This document shows, piece after piece, positions 1 through 9,517 of a stretch of 64,000 nucleotides of DNA. The first letter of the stretch is position 1. Each line of letters opens with the position of its first letter. A program made the translations under genes and the position numbers. The DNA is from Thermoanaerobaculia bacterium. GTDB lineage: Bacteria; Acidobacteriota; Thermoanaerobaculia; Multivoradales; JAGPDF01. The stretch is taken from positions 529 to 64,528 of the forward strand of contig DASWJT010000098.1 of the NCBI GenBank assembly GCA_036397015.1, given 5' to 3'. The notes under the pieces were generated by a model that saw nothing but the letters and a program-made list of their open reading frames with translations, did not search any database and was not told the DNA's origin.

Positions 1-170
1 CCTCCTCCCACGTTCTCGGAGCCCTAGCCACGGAGCCACGGGCCCCGCTCCGGACCTCCTGATGGATTTCTGCGTTTCAGTAAAGCCGACCGGGGCACGC
101 CCTTGCTGTGGAGTGCTTCACACGAGACGCCGGGCGGAAGTGACGGCCGGGTATCGGTGGCGAGGCGGGC

Positions 171-257
171 TGGTGCCGGAGGAGGGAGTCGAACCCACAT
201 GACCGCGAGGGTCGGGGGATTTTGAGTCCCCTGCGTCTGCCATTCCGCCACTCCGGC
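171..257 (-). tRNA. tRNA-Leu (anticodon CAA), 87 nt, class II with long variable arm, CCA encoded
   Basis: The reverse complement reads GCCGGAG-TG-GCGGAATGGCAGACGC...GGGGA-CTCAAAA-TCCCC...GGGTTCGACTCCC...CTCCGGC-A-CCA. This gives a 7-bp acceptor stem, CAA centred in a 7-nt anticodon loop and a GTTCGA T-loop. Confidence 0.9.
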
Positions 258-365
258 CGGAAGGGCCGGCATCGTACGGGGCGCCTCCCGGCGAGTCAAC
301 GGTGGACGGCGGGGGAGCCGGCGGCGGCAAATCTGGGCGAGCCGTTCGATCCAGTTTTCCGAAGC

Positions 366-394
366 TTGACGAAAGACGCCGTCTGGGCTATCAT
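366..394 (+). promoter_or_regulatory. sigma70-like promoter for carD (TTGACG, 17-nt spacer, TATCAT)
   Basis: TTGACG at 366-371 and TATCAT at 389-394 with an exact 17-nt spacer. A 10-bp interrupted stem-loop (399-426) and an AAGGAG Shine-Dalgarno follow, then the GTG start at 459. Confidence 0.5.
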
Positions 395-458
395 TCAGCA
401 CGGTTGCGGCCGTCGCAACCTCCGTGTTTCCCGCACTTAAGCAAGGAGAAATCGGCAC

Positions 459-980
459 GTGACGTTCAAGATCGGCCAGAAGGTCGTCTACCCGAACCAT
501 GGGGTCACGGTCGTGGAGGCCATCGCCACCAACACGATCGACGGAACCGAGCGGACTTGCTACCACTTGCGTCTGCTCTCGAGCAATTCCAAGGTGATGG
601 TTCCCAAGGACAATCTCGATCTCGTCGGCCTGCGCCCGCTGTGCGAGGCCAAGGAGATCAAGAACGTCCTCTCGATCCTGGAGAGCGCGGCGATCGACGC
701 GCAGAAGGACTGGAAGGGACGTTACAAGCAGAACGTCGAACGGATGAAGACGGGGCGCATCACCGAGGTCGCCGAAGTGCTCCGCACGCTGCGCTACGTC
801 AGCCAGCGCAAGAGCCTCTCCTTCCGCGAGAAGAAGATGTACGAGCGTGCCCGCCACTTCATCATCAGCGAGCTCGCCCACGTCAAGGGGATGACCGAGC
901 GCGACGCCGAGGCGCAGATCGAGCGCGCGCTCTCTTCGAGCATCGCCAAGCGCGCCAAGGCGAGCCAGCTCGCCAGCTGA
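459..980 (+). CDS. carD: CarD/CdnL-family RNA-polymerase-binding transcription regulator (173 aa)
   Basis: The N-terminus FKIGQKVVYPNHGVTVVEAI matches the CarD_CdnL_TRCF Tudor-like domain, followed by a helical C-terminal domain. It has a GTG start with an AAGGAG SD, and third codon positions are GC-rich. Confidence 0.9.
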   Translation: MTFKIGQKVVYPNHGVTVVEAIATNTIDGTERTCYHLRLLSSNSKVMVPKDNLDLVGLRPLCEAKEIKNVLSILESAAIDAQKDWKGRYKQNVERMKTGRITEVAEVLRTLRYVSQRKSLSFREKKMYERARHFIISELAHVKGMTERDAEAQIERALSSSIAKRAKASQLAS

Positions 981-1015
981 GCGGCGGTCACCGCGGCGGC
1001 AGACGGATTCTGGCC

Positions 1016-1053
1016 GGCCGCGCCGAGCGATTCGGCGCGGCCGTTCTCTTTTT
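1016..1053 (+). terminator. Rho-independent terminator after carD
   Basis: An 11-bp GC stem (GGCCGCGCCGA / TCGGCGCGGCC) with a 5-nt loop is followed by GTTCTCTTTTT. Confidence 0.75.
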
Positions 1054-1068
1054 AGGGGGAGCGACGGA

Positions 1069-1650
1069 TTGAAGCGCGAGAACGGACTCTTCCTGCTCGT
1101 CGGCCTGCTCGCGGGCTTCCTCGTCGGCTATCTGGCGCACGAGGCGATCACGCCCCTCCAACCGACGCGTCTCGCGCCGGGAGCGGCCGCGGCGGATCCC
1201 CACGCCGCCCTCGAGGCGCCGCCCGACGGCGGCCAGATGGCCGACCTCGACCGTCTGCGCGAGATCCTGGAGCGCGACCCACAGAACCGGGAGGCGCTGC
1301 TCACCCTCGCCAACATGAACTTCGACATCGGCGCCTGGGCGCGCGCCCAGGAGCTCTACGAGCGCTATCTCGCTCTCGATGCCCGCAACGCCGACGTCCT
1401 GACCGACCTCGGCATCTGCCTGCGCTCCCAAGGCGAGCTCGACGCGGCGCTCGCCCGCTTCCGGGAGGCGCGGGCGATCGCGCCCGATCACTGGCAGGCG
1501 CTCTACAACGAAGTGGTCGTGCACGCCTTCGACCGTCGAGACTTCGCGACCGCCGAGGCGCTCCTCGCCGAGCTCAGGTCGCTCGCCGGGGCGAGCCCCG
1601 AGGTCGAGCGGCTGGTCGCCGAGGTCGAGCGCCGCAAGTTGGCGCCATAG
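1069..1650 (+). CDS. membrane-anchored TPR-repeat protein (193 aa)
   Basis: There is an N-terminal TM helix (LFLLVGLLAGFLVGYL). TPR-like repeats follow (ALLTLANMNFDIGAWARAQELYERYLALDARNADVLTDLG...). The start is TTG after a GGGGGA SD. Confidence 0.75.
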   Translation: MKRENGLFLLVGLLAGFLVGYLAHEAITPLQPTRLAPGAAAADPHAALEAPPDGGQMADLDRLREILERDPQNREALLTLANMNFDIGAWARAQELYERYLALDARNADVLTDLGICLRSQGELDAALARFREARAIAPDHWQALYNEVVVHAFDRRDFATAEALLAELRSLAGASPEVERLVAEVERRKLAP

Positions 1651-1670
1651 GCGGCGCCGCCGAGCCCGCG

Positions 1671-4088
1671 GTGGACCTCGTCGGCGTCGCCGCACCCATC
1701 CCCTTCGCCGGTCCGCTCGCCTACGCCGTGCCCCCCGGCCTGGCGCCCTGGCTGCGCCCCGGGCAGAGAGTGCGCGTGCGTCTCGGCAAGCGCCGCGCCG
1801 TCGGCGTCGTCTGGCCGGATCCGGTGGAGATCCCCGCAGGCGTCGAGGTGCGGCCCATCGAGGCCCTGCTCGATCTCGAGCCGGTGCTCACGGCCGAGCT
1901 GATCGAGCTCGCGCGCTTCGTCGCCGATTACTACCTCACGCCCCTCGGCGAGGTCGTCGCCGCCATGCTGCCCGCCGACCTCCCGCCGTGGGGCGATCGC
2001 AGCCTGTCGCTGACGCCCGCAGGCGCTCTCGCCGAGCCGCGCGACGCCTTGGATCGCGAGCTGCGCGATCTCTTCCTGGCGCACGGGAGACGGCGGGCGA
2101 GCGAGCTGGCGGCGGCGATCGCCCATGCCGATCTGCCGGCGCGGCTCGAGCGCTGGCTCGGGCAGGGCCGACTCTTCGACTTCGGCGCCGAGGCGGTCGG
2201 TCGCCGCTACGCGACGGCGCTGGCCCTGGCCACCGCCGACCGCGACGCGCTGCACGAGCGTTGCGGCCGGTCGCCGCTCGGCCGCTCGGTGGTGGATTAC
2301 CTCTTCGCGCTGGGGCGTCCGGCGACGCGCGACGAAATCGTCGCGGCGACCGGAGCGGGCGCGGCCGTGCTGAGCCGTCTCCAGCGCCGCCAGGTCCTGC
2401 GCAGCTTCCGCCAGGTGGAGCGCACCGGCGTCGATCGACATCTGCTGGCGTCGCCGGCGCAAGCGGCCGAGACGCTCACCCTGCGTCCCGAGCAGGCGGC
2501 GGCGTGGGCGGGCGTGCGCGAGGCGCTCGCCGCCGGCGAGTTCGCCCGCATCCTGCTGCACGGCGTCACCGGATCCGGCAAGACCGAGATCTACCTGCGC
2601 GCCGTGGGCGAAGCGCTCGCCCGCGACCGCTCTTCGATCGTGATGGTGCCGGAGATCGCTCTCGTTCCGGCGCTCGCTCGATTGGCGCGCGACCGCTTCG
2701 GCGCGAGCGTCGCGGTGCTGCACTCCGCGCTCTCGACGAGCGAGCGGATCGGCGAGTGGGAGCGCATCCGGCGGGGCGAGGCACGAATCGTCGTCGGTCC
2801 CCGGTCGGCGCTCTTCGCGCCGCTGCCGCGCCTCGGTCTGGTGGTGGTCGACGAAGAGCAGGACAGCGCCTACAAGCAGGAGGTGGCGCCGCGCTATCAC
2901 GGCCGCGATCTGGCGCTGGTGCGCTGCCGCTCCGCCTCGGCGGTGGCGCTCCTGGTGTCGGCGACTCCCAGCCTCGAGGCGCGTCACGCGGCGGCGCGCC
3001 CCGAGTGGAAGCGGTTCGTCCTGCGCCAGCGCGTCGGCTCCGGGCGTCTGCCGGAGGGCATTCTCGTCGACCTCCGGCAGGAGCCGCGGGTGGCGCGGGT
3101 GGGCGAAGTCGTCTTCTCGCAGCGCCTGCTCGCCGAGCTCGCCGAGACCCTGGCCGCCGGAGGGCAGGCGATTCTCCTCCGCAACCGCCGGGGTTATGCG
3201 CCGATGCTGCTCTGCCGCGCCTGCGGCGAGGATTTTCGATGTCCCGACTGCGGGCTGCCGCGCACGCTGCACCGCCGCGCGGGCCGTCTCGTCTGCCACT
3301 GGTGCGGCTCGACCGTCCCGGCGCCCGCGTCCTGCCCGAGCTGCCGGTCCGCGGCGCTCGATCCCGTCGGCGCGGGCACGGAGCGGGTCGAGGAGGAGCT
3401 CGTCGAGCGCTTCCCGGGTGCCGTCGTCGACGTGCTGGACCGCGACGCGACGCGACGCGTCGGCGGCGCGGCCGCCATCCTCGAGCGCTTCCGATCGGGA
3501 GCGACACAAGTGCTCGTCGGCACCCAGATGCTGTCGAAGGGCCACCACTTCCCGGGCGTCGTCCTGACCGCCGTGCTCTCGGCCGACGCCTATCTCGGCT
3601 TCCCGGACTTCCGCGCCGTCGAGCGCACCTACGCGCTGCTCACCCAGCTCGCGGGGCGCGCCGGCCGCGGCGAGAGCCCGGGACGCGTCGTACTGCAGAC
3701 CTACCACCCGGACCACTATGCGATTCGCGCCGCGCTCGACCACGACGACGCGGCGTTCGCCGAACAGGAGCTGCGCTTCCGGCGGCTCTTCGACTACCCG
3801 CCGTTCAGCCGCATGGCGCTCGTCTGGGTCAAGGATCGCGACCGCGAGCGGGCGGCCCGGCGGATTCGCGAGCTGGGCGAAGCGCTGCGCCGGCAGCCCG
3901 CCGCGGGGGGGCTGCGGATCACCGGGCCGGCGCCGGCGCCCCTCGAGCGCTTGAAAGGGGAGTGGCGCTTCCAGCTCGCGGTGCGCGGTCCGGTGGGGCG
4001 CGACGTGCGTGCGGCGCTCGCCGCGGCGCTCGCTCCCCGGCAGGAGGCCGGAGTGGTCGTCGACGTCGATCCCTACCAGCTGCTGTGA
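1671..4088 (+). CDS. priA: primosomal protein N' / replication restart helicase PriA (805 aa)
   Basis: Walker A is GVTGSGKTE and the DEEQ box is VVDEEQD. The four-pair Cys zinc module CRACG..CPDCG..CHWCG..CPSC is typical of PriA. Confidence 0.95.
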   Translation: MDLVGVAAPIPFAGPLAYAVPPGLAPWLRPGQRVRVRLGKRRAVGVVWPDPVEIPAGVEVRPIEALLDLEPVLTAELIELARFVADYYLTPLGEVVAAMLPADLPPWGDRSLSLTPAGALAEPRDALDRELRDLFLAHGRRRASELAAAIAHADLPARLERWLGQGRLFDFGAEAVGRRYATALALATADRDALHERCGRSPLGRSVVDYLFALGRPATRDEIVAATGAGAAVLSRLQRRQVLRSFRQVERTGVDRHLLASPAQAAETLTLRPEQAAAWAGVREALAAGEFARILLHGVTGSGKTEIYLRAVGEALARDRSSIVMVPEIALVPALARLARDRFGASVAVLHSALSTSERIGEWERIRRGEARIVVGPRSALFAPLPRLGLVVVDEEQDSAYKQEVAPRYHGRDLALVRCRSASAVALLVSATPSLEARHAAARPEWKRFVLRQRVGSGRLPEGILVDLRQEPRVARVGEVVFSQRLLAELAETLAAGGQAILLRNRRGYAPMLLCRACGEDFRCPDCGLPRTLHRRAGRLVCHWCGSTVPAPASCPSCRSAALDPVGAGTERVEEELVERFPGAVVDVLDRDATRRVGGAAAILERFRSGATQVLVGTQMLSKGHHFPGVVLTAVLSADAYLGFPDFRAVERTYALLTQLAGRAGRGESPGRVVLQTYHPDHYAIRAALDHDDAAFAEQELRFRRLFDYPPFSRMALVWVKDRDRERAARRIRELGEALRRQPAAGGLRITGPAPAPLERLKGEWRFQLAVRGPVGRDVRAALAAALAPRQEAGVVVDVDPYQLL

Positions 4089-4093
4089 GCGGT

Positions 4094-4122
4094 TTGACGC
4101 TGTTTTCGGGCCCCTGCTAAGT
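4094..4122 (+). promoter_or_regulatory. sigma70-like promoter immediately upstream of accA (TTGACG, 17 nt, CTAAGT)
   Basis: TTGACG lies at 4094-4099 and CTAAGT at 4117-4122. Only 10 nt (tcttcgcccc, no SD) separate the -10 box from the ATG at 4133. Confidence 0.4.
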
Positions 4123-4132
4123 TCTTCGCCCC

Positions 4133-5086
4133 ATGTCGGCGGCCGATGCCCAGTTCGAGGAGCCTCTGGTCGAGCTCCGCCGCAAGATCGAGGAGCTCGA
4201 GGGCTTCCCGGAGGCCGCCGGCCGCGGCCGGGAGCTCGAGGCGCTGCGCAAGGAGCTGGCCGAGGAGACGGCGCGCGTCTTCGCGAATCTCTCCCGCTGG
4301 CAAAAGACGCTGGTCGCCCGCCACTCCGAGCGCCCGTACACTCTCGACTACGTCCGGGCGCTGATGGAGGACTGGGTCGAAGTGCACGGCGACCGCGCCT
4401 TCGCCGACGATCCGGCAATCGTCACCGGCTACGCGACCTTCCGCCGCCGTTCCGTCTGCGTCGTCGGCCACCAGAAGGGGCGCGGCACGAAAGAGCGCAT
4501 CGAGCGCAACTTCGGGCAGCCGCTGCCCGAGGGGTATCGCAAGGCGCTGCGCGTGATGCGCACCGCCGAGCGCTTCGGTCTGCCGATCTTGAGCTTCGTC
4601 GACACGCCGGGCGCCTACCCCGGGATCGGCGCCGAGGAGCGCGGCCAGGCCGAGGCGATTGCCCGCAACCTGATCGAGATGGCGAGCCTGCGCGTGCCGA
4701 TCGTCGTCACGGTGACTGGCGAGGGCGGGAGCGGCGGTGCGCTCGCGCTCGGCGTCGGCGACCGCGTCCTGATCCTCGAGTACGCGGTCTACTCGGTGAT
4801 TTCGCCCGAGGGCTGCGCGGCGATCTTGTGGAAGGACCAGGAGCGCAAGAGCCAGGCGGCCGAGGCGATGAAACTGACGGCTCCCGATCTGCTGGAGCTG
4901 GGCGTCGTCGACGAGCTCGTCCCGGAGCCGGTCGGCGGCGCCCACGTCGCCCCCGAGGAGGCGGCGCGACGCGTCGGCGACCGCATCGAGGCGACCCTCG
5001 ACGGGCTCTCCCGCCTGCCCATCGAGCGGCTGCTCGAAGCGCGCTACCGCAAGTTCCGCGCCCTCGGCGTCTTCGAAGAGAGCTGA
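4133..5086 (+). CDS. accA: acetyl-CoA carboxylase carboxyltransferase alpha subunit (317 aa)
   Basis: The full-length AccA pattern is present: [16 protein letters not shown] at the N-terminus, [18 protein letters not shown], and SGGALA. Confidence 0.95.
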   Translation: MSAADAQFEEPLVELRRKIEELEGFPEAAGRGRELEALRKELAEETARVFANLSRWQKTLVARHSERPYTLDYVRALMEDWVEVHGDRAFADDPAIVTGYATFRRRSVCVVGHQKGRGTKERIERNFGQPLPEGYRKALRVMRTAERFGLPILSFVDTPGAYPGIGAEERGQAEAIARNLIEMASLRVPIVVTVTGEGGSGGALALGVGDRVLILEYAVYSVISPEGCAAILWKDQERKSQAAEAMKLTAPDLLELGVVDELVPEPVGGAHVAPEEAARRVGDRIEATLDGLSRLPIERLLEARYRKFRALGVFEES

Positions 5087-5094
5087 TTCCGGCG

Positions 5095-6798
5095 GTGGCC
5101 GAGCGCTGGACCGCCGTCTCGGTGCCGCCGGCGGCAGCGGCGCTGCGCGCCGCGGGGTTCGCCTCGCCCCTCGCGGAGCTGCTCGCTCAGCGGGGGGCGG
5201 CCGGGCCGGAAGCGGCGCGCCGATTCCTCGCTCCGTCGCGCGCGCAGCTCAGCCCGGCGCTGATGATCGAGGGTCTCGCCGCGGCGGGGGAACGTCTCGC
5301 GGCGGTGAGCGCGCAGAGGGAGCGGATCCTGGTGGTCGGCGACTACGACGTCGACGGGGTGGCCGCGACGGCGGTCATGGCCACGACCCTGACCCGCCTC
5401 GGCGCCGAGGTCCACACCCTGCTGCCGCGGCGCGACGGGGAGGGCTACGGGCTGCAGCCGCCGCACGTGCGGCACGCGGCGGCGGCGGGCGCGGGGCTGC
5501 TCGTCGCCGTCGACAGCGGCACCACCGCCTACGCCGCCTGGGAGGAGGCGCGCCGGCTGGGAATCGAGCTCGTCATCGTGGATCATCACCTCGCGGCCGA
5601 CGCCCCGACGGAGGAGGGGAGCGGACCGGCGCCGCTCCTCGTCAATCCGCGCTCCGGTGCGGCGCCCGCGGCCGCTCGCGAGCTGACCGCGGCGGGCCTC
5701 ACGGCGCGCCTCGCCGCGGTGCTGTTCGAGGGCGCGGGTCGAGACGTGCCGTGGGATTCGCTTCTCCGCATGGCCTGCCTGGGCACCATCGCCGACGTGG
5801 CACCGCTCGTCGACGACAACCGCATCCTCGCCGCGGCGGGGCTGGCGGCACTCCCCGCGACGCCCTCTCCCGGGCTGCAGGCGCTGATGCGCGCGGCGGC
5901 AGTGCGTCCGCCGCTGGCCGCCGCCGACGTCGCCTTCCGGCTGGCGCCGCGGCTGAACGCCGCCGGCAGGCTCGGCGCCGCGGACGAGGCTCTGGAGATC
6001 CTCTTGACGCGCGACGAGCGCCGCGCCGCCGAGCTCGCCGCGCACCTCGAGCGGCGCAACGGCGAGCGCCAGGCGATCGAGGCGCGCATTCTCGGCGACG
6101 CCCGCCGCGCCCTCGAGCGTCGCGCCGAGTTGCCGCCGGTCGTCGTGCTCTCGAGCCCGGAGTGGCACGCCGGCGTGGTCGGCGTTGCAGCGGCGAGGCT
6201 GGCGCGCGAGCTGAACCGGCCGACCCTCCTCCTCGCCGAGCGCGATGGCCTGGCGACGGGCTCCGGCCGCAGTGTGGCCGGCTTGGCGCTGCACCAGCTG
6301 GTCGCCCCTTTCGCCGCGCGGCTCGAGCGCTTCGGGGGGCACGCGCAGGCGGTGGGCCTGACGATCCGTCTCGATCACCTGCCCGAGGTTCGCGCCGACC
6401 TCGAGGCCGCGGCCGCGGCGTGGAGCGAGCGGCTCGCCGTGCGCGAGGTGAGCTACGACCTCGAGCTGCCGCTGGCCGCCGTGACGCAGGAGCTGGTGGC
6501 GGCGCTCGCCGCCCTCGGTCCGTTCGGCGCCGGCAATCCGGAGCCCGTCTTCCGCTTCGGACCGTGCGTGCTACGGGACGATCCACGCCGCTTCGGCAAC
6601 GGTCACGTGCGGCTCGAGCTCGGCGACGCGGGCGGCCGCGGCGAGGGCCGGCGCGCGATCTGGTGGCGCGGCGGCGACGGCGCCGAGCGCCTCCGCGAGC
6701 GCCGCCTCGAGCTCCTCGCCGCGGTCGAGACCGACCGTTTCGACGGCGTCCGCCTGCGCTTGCTCGCTGTGCGCGGGGTCGATCCGGCGAGCGACTAG
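5095..6798 (+). CDS. recJ: single-stranded-DNA-specific exonuclease RecJ (~567 aa; start uncertain)
   Basis: DHH-family motifs are present: [23 protein letters not shown]1-like region and OB-like C-terminus follow. The first in-frame start after the accA stop is GTG 5095. Confidence 0.9.
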   Translation: MAERWTAVSVPPAAAALRAAGFASPLAELLAQRGAAGPEAARRFLAPSRAQLSPALMIEGLAAAGERLAAVSAQRERILVVGDYDVDGVAATAVMATTLTRLGAEVHTLLPRRDGEGYGLQPPHVRHAAAAGAGLLVAVDSGTTAYAAWEEARRLGIELVIVDHHLAADAPTEEGSGPAPLLVNPRSGAAPAAARELTAAGLTARLAAVLFEGAGRDVPWDSLLRMACLGTIADVAPLVDDNRILAAAGLAALPATPSPGLQALMRAAAVRPPLAAADVAFRLAPRLNAAGRLGAADEALEILLTRDERRAAELAAHLERRNGERQAIEARILGDARRALERRAELPPVVVLSSPEWHAGVVGVAAARLARELNRPTLLLAERDGLATGSGRSVAGLALHQLVAPFAARLERFGGHAQAVGLTIRLDHLPEVRADLEAAAAAWSERLAVREVSYDLELPLAAVTQELVAALAALGPFGAGNPEPVFRFGPCVLRDDPRRFGNGHVRLELGDAGGRGEGRRAIWWRGGDGAERLRERRLELLAAVETDRFDGVRLRLLAVRGVDPASD

Positions 6799-6807
6799 AA
6801 TCCCCGG

Positions 6808-8766
6808 GTGCGACGCGCCGCCACCACGCCTGGCATGAGACGGCTGCGTCTCGTCCTGTTGGCGGCCATCGGAGCCGTTCTCGGCGGCGTTACCGGTCTC
6901 TTCCTGCTCGGCCGCGCCAGCCGGCCCCCGGCGGAGGCGGTGCCTGCCGAGCCGTCTCGGGCCCGAGCGGAAGCGGCGGCCGAAGACGTCGCCGTGCTCA
7001 GCGAGGGCTTCGACTACGAGCAGCAGGTCGCCGGCAAGCCCGTCTTTCGACTGCAGGGCGCCCGCTTCACCACCGATCGGTCGGGCACGGTGACACTCGA
7101 CGACGTGCTCCTCGTGCTCTATCGCGAGGATCGACCGTACGAGGTGCGCAGCCGGAGCGCGACCTACGATCCGGAGAGCAAGAACGCCGAGCTCGTCGGC
7201 GACGTCAAAGTCTCGGGCGGCGAGGGCTGGGAGCTCTCCGGGAACCGTCTCGATCTCGTCGGCGAGACGAACACGATCGTCTCGCGCGGCGGGCGCATCA
7301 ATTTCCGGCGCGGCGAGGAGCTGGCGGGAAGCGCCCGGCGCCTGCGCTATCGCATGGACGAGCAGGTCCTGGTGCTCGAAGGCCAGGTGGAGGTCGCCGG
7401 CGAGCGTCAGGGCGACGGGAGGGCGCTCGGCCTGAAGGCGGCGAAGATGACCTGGCAGCGCGACGGGTCGACGGTCAGCGCGGAGGGCGGAGTGCTCCTC
7501 ACCGCGGACGCCGATCGCGTCGAGGCGCACCGCATCGATGCCCGCCTGCGCTCCGGGGGAGCGGAGCTCGAGACCGCCACGGCGGTGGGCGCGGTCCGCG
7601 GGCAGCTGCAGACGCCAGAGGAGGGTCGCCTCGCCTTCGTCTCGCAGCGCGCGCAAGTGGATTTCGACGAGACGTCGGGAGCGCCCTCGAGCGTGCTCCT
7701 CGCCGGCGAGAGCGCGGCGAAGCCGGCGGAGCTGCTGTGGACGCCGGCCGCCGGGACGAAGAGGCGGCTCGTCGCGCCGGTGGTCCAGGCGGCGCTCACG
7801 GCTGGCCGTCCCACCGAGGCGGCGGCCACGGGGGGCGTGATGCTGCGCGAGGCGACGGCCGACGGCGGCGAGCGCCGCGCGACGGCCGAACAGGTCACGG
7901 CGGCGTTCGCTCCCGACGGCGAGCTCGCGTCGGCGCAGCTGCTGCGCCGCGTGCGTCTCGTCGACGGCGACTGGACGGTGACCGGCGACGAGGCGACGCT
8001 CGCGCCGGGCGGCGTGCGCGGCGAGGTGCGCGGGCGGCCGGCGCACGCGGTCGGCGAGCGTGGCGAGATGACCGCTCCGACGATGCGGTTCGATCGCGGC
8101 GCCTCCCGCCTCGACGCCGGCACGGGGGTGCGCGTGACCTTCCGGCCGGAGGCGAGCCCGGTCGCTCGCGGCGGTGCCCCCGGCGCCGCTCTGCCCGTCG
8201 CCGTCGAAGCTCGGGAAGCGACCTTTTTCGACGCCCCGCGCCGCTCCGAGATGCGCGGCGACGTCCGCGTGGCGCAGGGCGACAGCCTGCTCTTCGCCGA
8301 CCGGCTGGACGGCGACGAGGAGAAGTCGGTCGCGATCGCCATCGGCCACGTCCGCACGCAGTGGACCGACCGGCCGCCGGAAGGCGCCGAGACCGCCCCC
8401 GTGGTGACCGTGATCACCGCCGAGCGATTCGAGTATCGGCGTCAGGCGGGCGAGGCTCACTACTCCGGCGAGGTGGTCGTGCGCCAGGAGCGGCGGGAGA
8501 TCTTCGGCGACGAGCTCGTCGTCGAGCTCGACGACGAGGGCAAGGCCCGCCGTCTGCTCGCCACCGGCTCTGTGCGCATCGAGGATCGCGCCTCGGGCCG
8601 CTCGGTGAGCGGCACGAGCGCCGACTACGACCTCGCGGCGGGCCAGGCGATCGTGCTCGGCGAGCCCGTCGTCCTGCGCGACGAAACGGGCACGGTGCTG
8701 CGCGGGCGCCGCGCGCTGTTCGACGAGCGCACCGGCACCTCGCGGCTGCTGAGCGACGAATCGTGA
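6808..8766 (+). CDS. membrane-anchored LptC-like plus multiple OstA/LptA-like beta-jellyroll modules in one 652-aa polypeptide
   Basis: There is an N-terminal TM helix ([22 protein letters not shown]). An LptC-like segment follows, then repeated OstA_N-like strands (e.g. [25 protein letters not shown]...[12 protein letters not shown]...SADYDL). It sits directly upstream of lptB and is coupled to it by a GTGA overlap. Confidence 0.75.
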   Translation: MRRAATTPGMRRLRLVLLAAIGAVLGGVTGLFLLGRASRPPAEAVPAEPSRARAEAAAEDVAVLSEGFDYEQQVAGKPVFRLQGARFTTDRSGTVTLDDVLLVLYREDRPYEVRSRSATYDPESKNAELVGDVKVSGGEGWELSGNRLDLVGETNTIVSRGGRINFRRGEELAGSARRLRYRMDEQVLVLEGQVEVAGERQGDGRALGLKAAKMTWQRDGSTVSAEGGVLLTADADRVEAHRIDARLRSGGAELETATAVGAVRGQLQTPEEGRLAFVSQRAQVDFDETSGAPSSVLLAGESAAKPAELLWTPAAGTKRRLVAPVVQAALTAGRPTEAAATGGVMLREATADGGERRATAEQVTAAFAPDGELASAQLLRRVRLVDGDWTVTGDEATLAPGGVRGEVRGRPAHAVGERGEMTAPTMRFDRGASRLDAGTGVRVTFRPEASPVARGGAPGAALPVAVEAREATFFDAPRRSEMRGDVRVAQGDSLLFADRLDGDEEKSVAIAIGHVRTQWTDRPPEGAETAPVVTVITAERFEYRRQAGEAHYSGEVVVRQERREIFGDELVVELDDEGKARRLLATGSVRIEDRASGRSVSGTSADYDLAAGQAIVLGEPVVLRDETGTVLRGRRALFDERTGTSRLLSDES

Positions 8767-9497
8767 CGCGCCCTCCGCAGCGGCTGCTGGCGCGCGAGCT
8801 GCGCAAGGTCTATCGCGGCAGAGCCGTCGTCGACGGGGTGTCGATCGAGGTTCATCCCGGCGAGGTGGTGGGGCTGCTCGGCCCCAACGGCGCCGGCAAG
8901 ACGACGACGTTCTACATGGTGGTGGGCCTGACGCTCCCCGATGCTGGCAGCGTCTACCTCGGTGACGAGGAGATCACGCCGCTGCCGATGTACCAGCGGG
9001 CGCAGCGCGGCATCAGCTATCTGCCGCAGGAGCCCTCGGTCTTCCGCCGTCTGTCGGTGACCGACAACCTGCGCGCCATCTTCGAGACCCTGGATCTCGC
9101 GCACGCCGAACAGGAGCGCCGCGTCGACCGGCTGATCGAGGAGTTCAAGCTGCAGCGCGTGCGCGACAGCAAGGGCTACATGCTCTCGGGCGGCGAGCGG
9201 CGGCGAGTCGAGATCGCCCGGGCGCTGGCGATCAGCCCGGCGTACATCCTCCTCGACGAGCCGTTTGCCGGGATCGATCCCATCGCCGTGCTCGACATCC
9301 AAGGTATCATCAACCACTTGAAGCAGATGGGAATCGGAGTGCTGATCACCGACCACAACGTCCGCGAGACCCTGAGAATCACCGATCGCGCCTACATCAT
9401 CAACAACGGCGCGATCCTGCGCGCCGGCTCGCCACTCGAGCTGTCGACCGACGCGCAGGTGCGGAAGATCTACCTCGGCGAAGCATTCAATCTCTAG
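8763..9497 (+). CDS. lptB: LPS export ABC transporter ATP-binding protein LptB (244 aa)
   Basis: Walker A is GPNGAGKTT, the ABC signature is [13 protein letters not shown] and Walker B is ILLDEPFAG. The gene occupies the conserved lptA-lptB-rpoN position. Confidence 0.95.
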   Translation: MTRPPQRLLARELRKVYRGRAVVDGVSIEVHPGEVVGLLGPNGAGKTTTFYMVVGLTLPDAGSVYLGDEEITPLPMYQRAQRGISYLPQEPSVFRRLSVTDNLRAIFETLDLAHAEQERRVDRLIEEFKLQRVRDSKGYMLSGGERRRVEIARALAISPAYILLDEPFAGIDPIAVLDIQGIINHLKQMGIGVLITDHNVRETLRITDRAYIINNGAILRAGSPLELSTDAQVRKIYLGEAFNL

Positions 9498-9517
9498 CGG
9501 CGACGCTGGAACAGGCC

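Noticed and set aside
1-170. A possible small RNA (SRP/4.5S-like AGGUCCGGA motif on the minus strand at about 50-58) or a gene end in the first 170 nt.
   Set aside because: Only the GGUCCGGA core matches. The flanking GGAAGCAGCC-type conserved helix-8 sequence is absent and no convincing extended hairpin was found. A short plus-strand reading frame ending at TGA 59-61 cannot be evaluated without upstream sequence.
24-881. A 285-aa minus-strand ORF spanning the start of the window.
   Set aside because: It runs straight through the tRNA-Leu(CAA) gene and antisense to carD and its promoter, and its composition is junk-like.
1503-4418. A 971-aa minus-strand ORF antisense to priA. Similar very long ORFs include 1988-4120(+), 5751-9497(+) upstream part, 6571-8460(-), 21821-24994(-), 36058-38232(+), 36812-38644(-), 42328-43848(-), 45678-47390(-), 59571-61979(+) upstream part and 60007-61896(+).
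   Set aside because: Their translations are dominated by Arg/Pro/Ala/Gly runs, which is typical of out-of-frame or antisense reading of ~70% GC DNA. They overlap genes with unmistakable family motifs in another frame. They show no motifs, signal peptides or SD sequences of their own.
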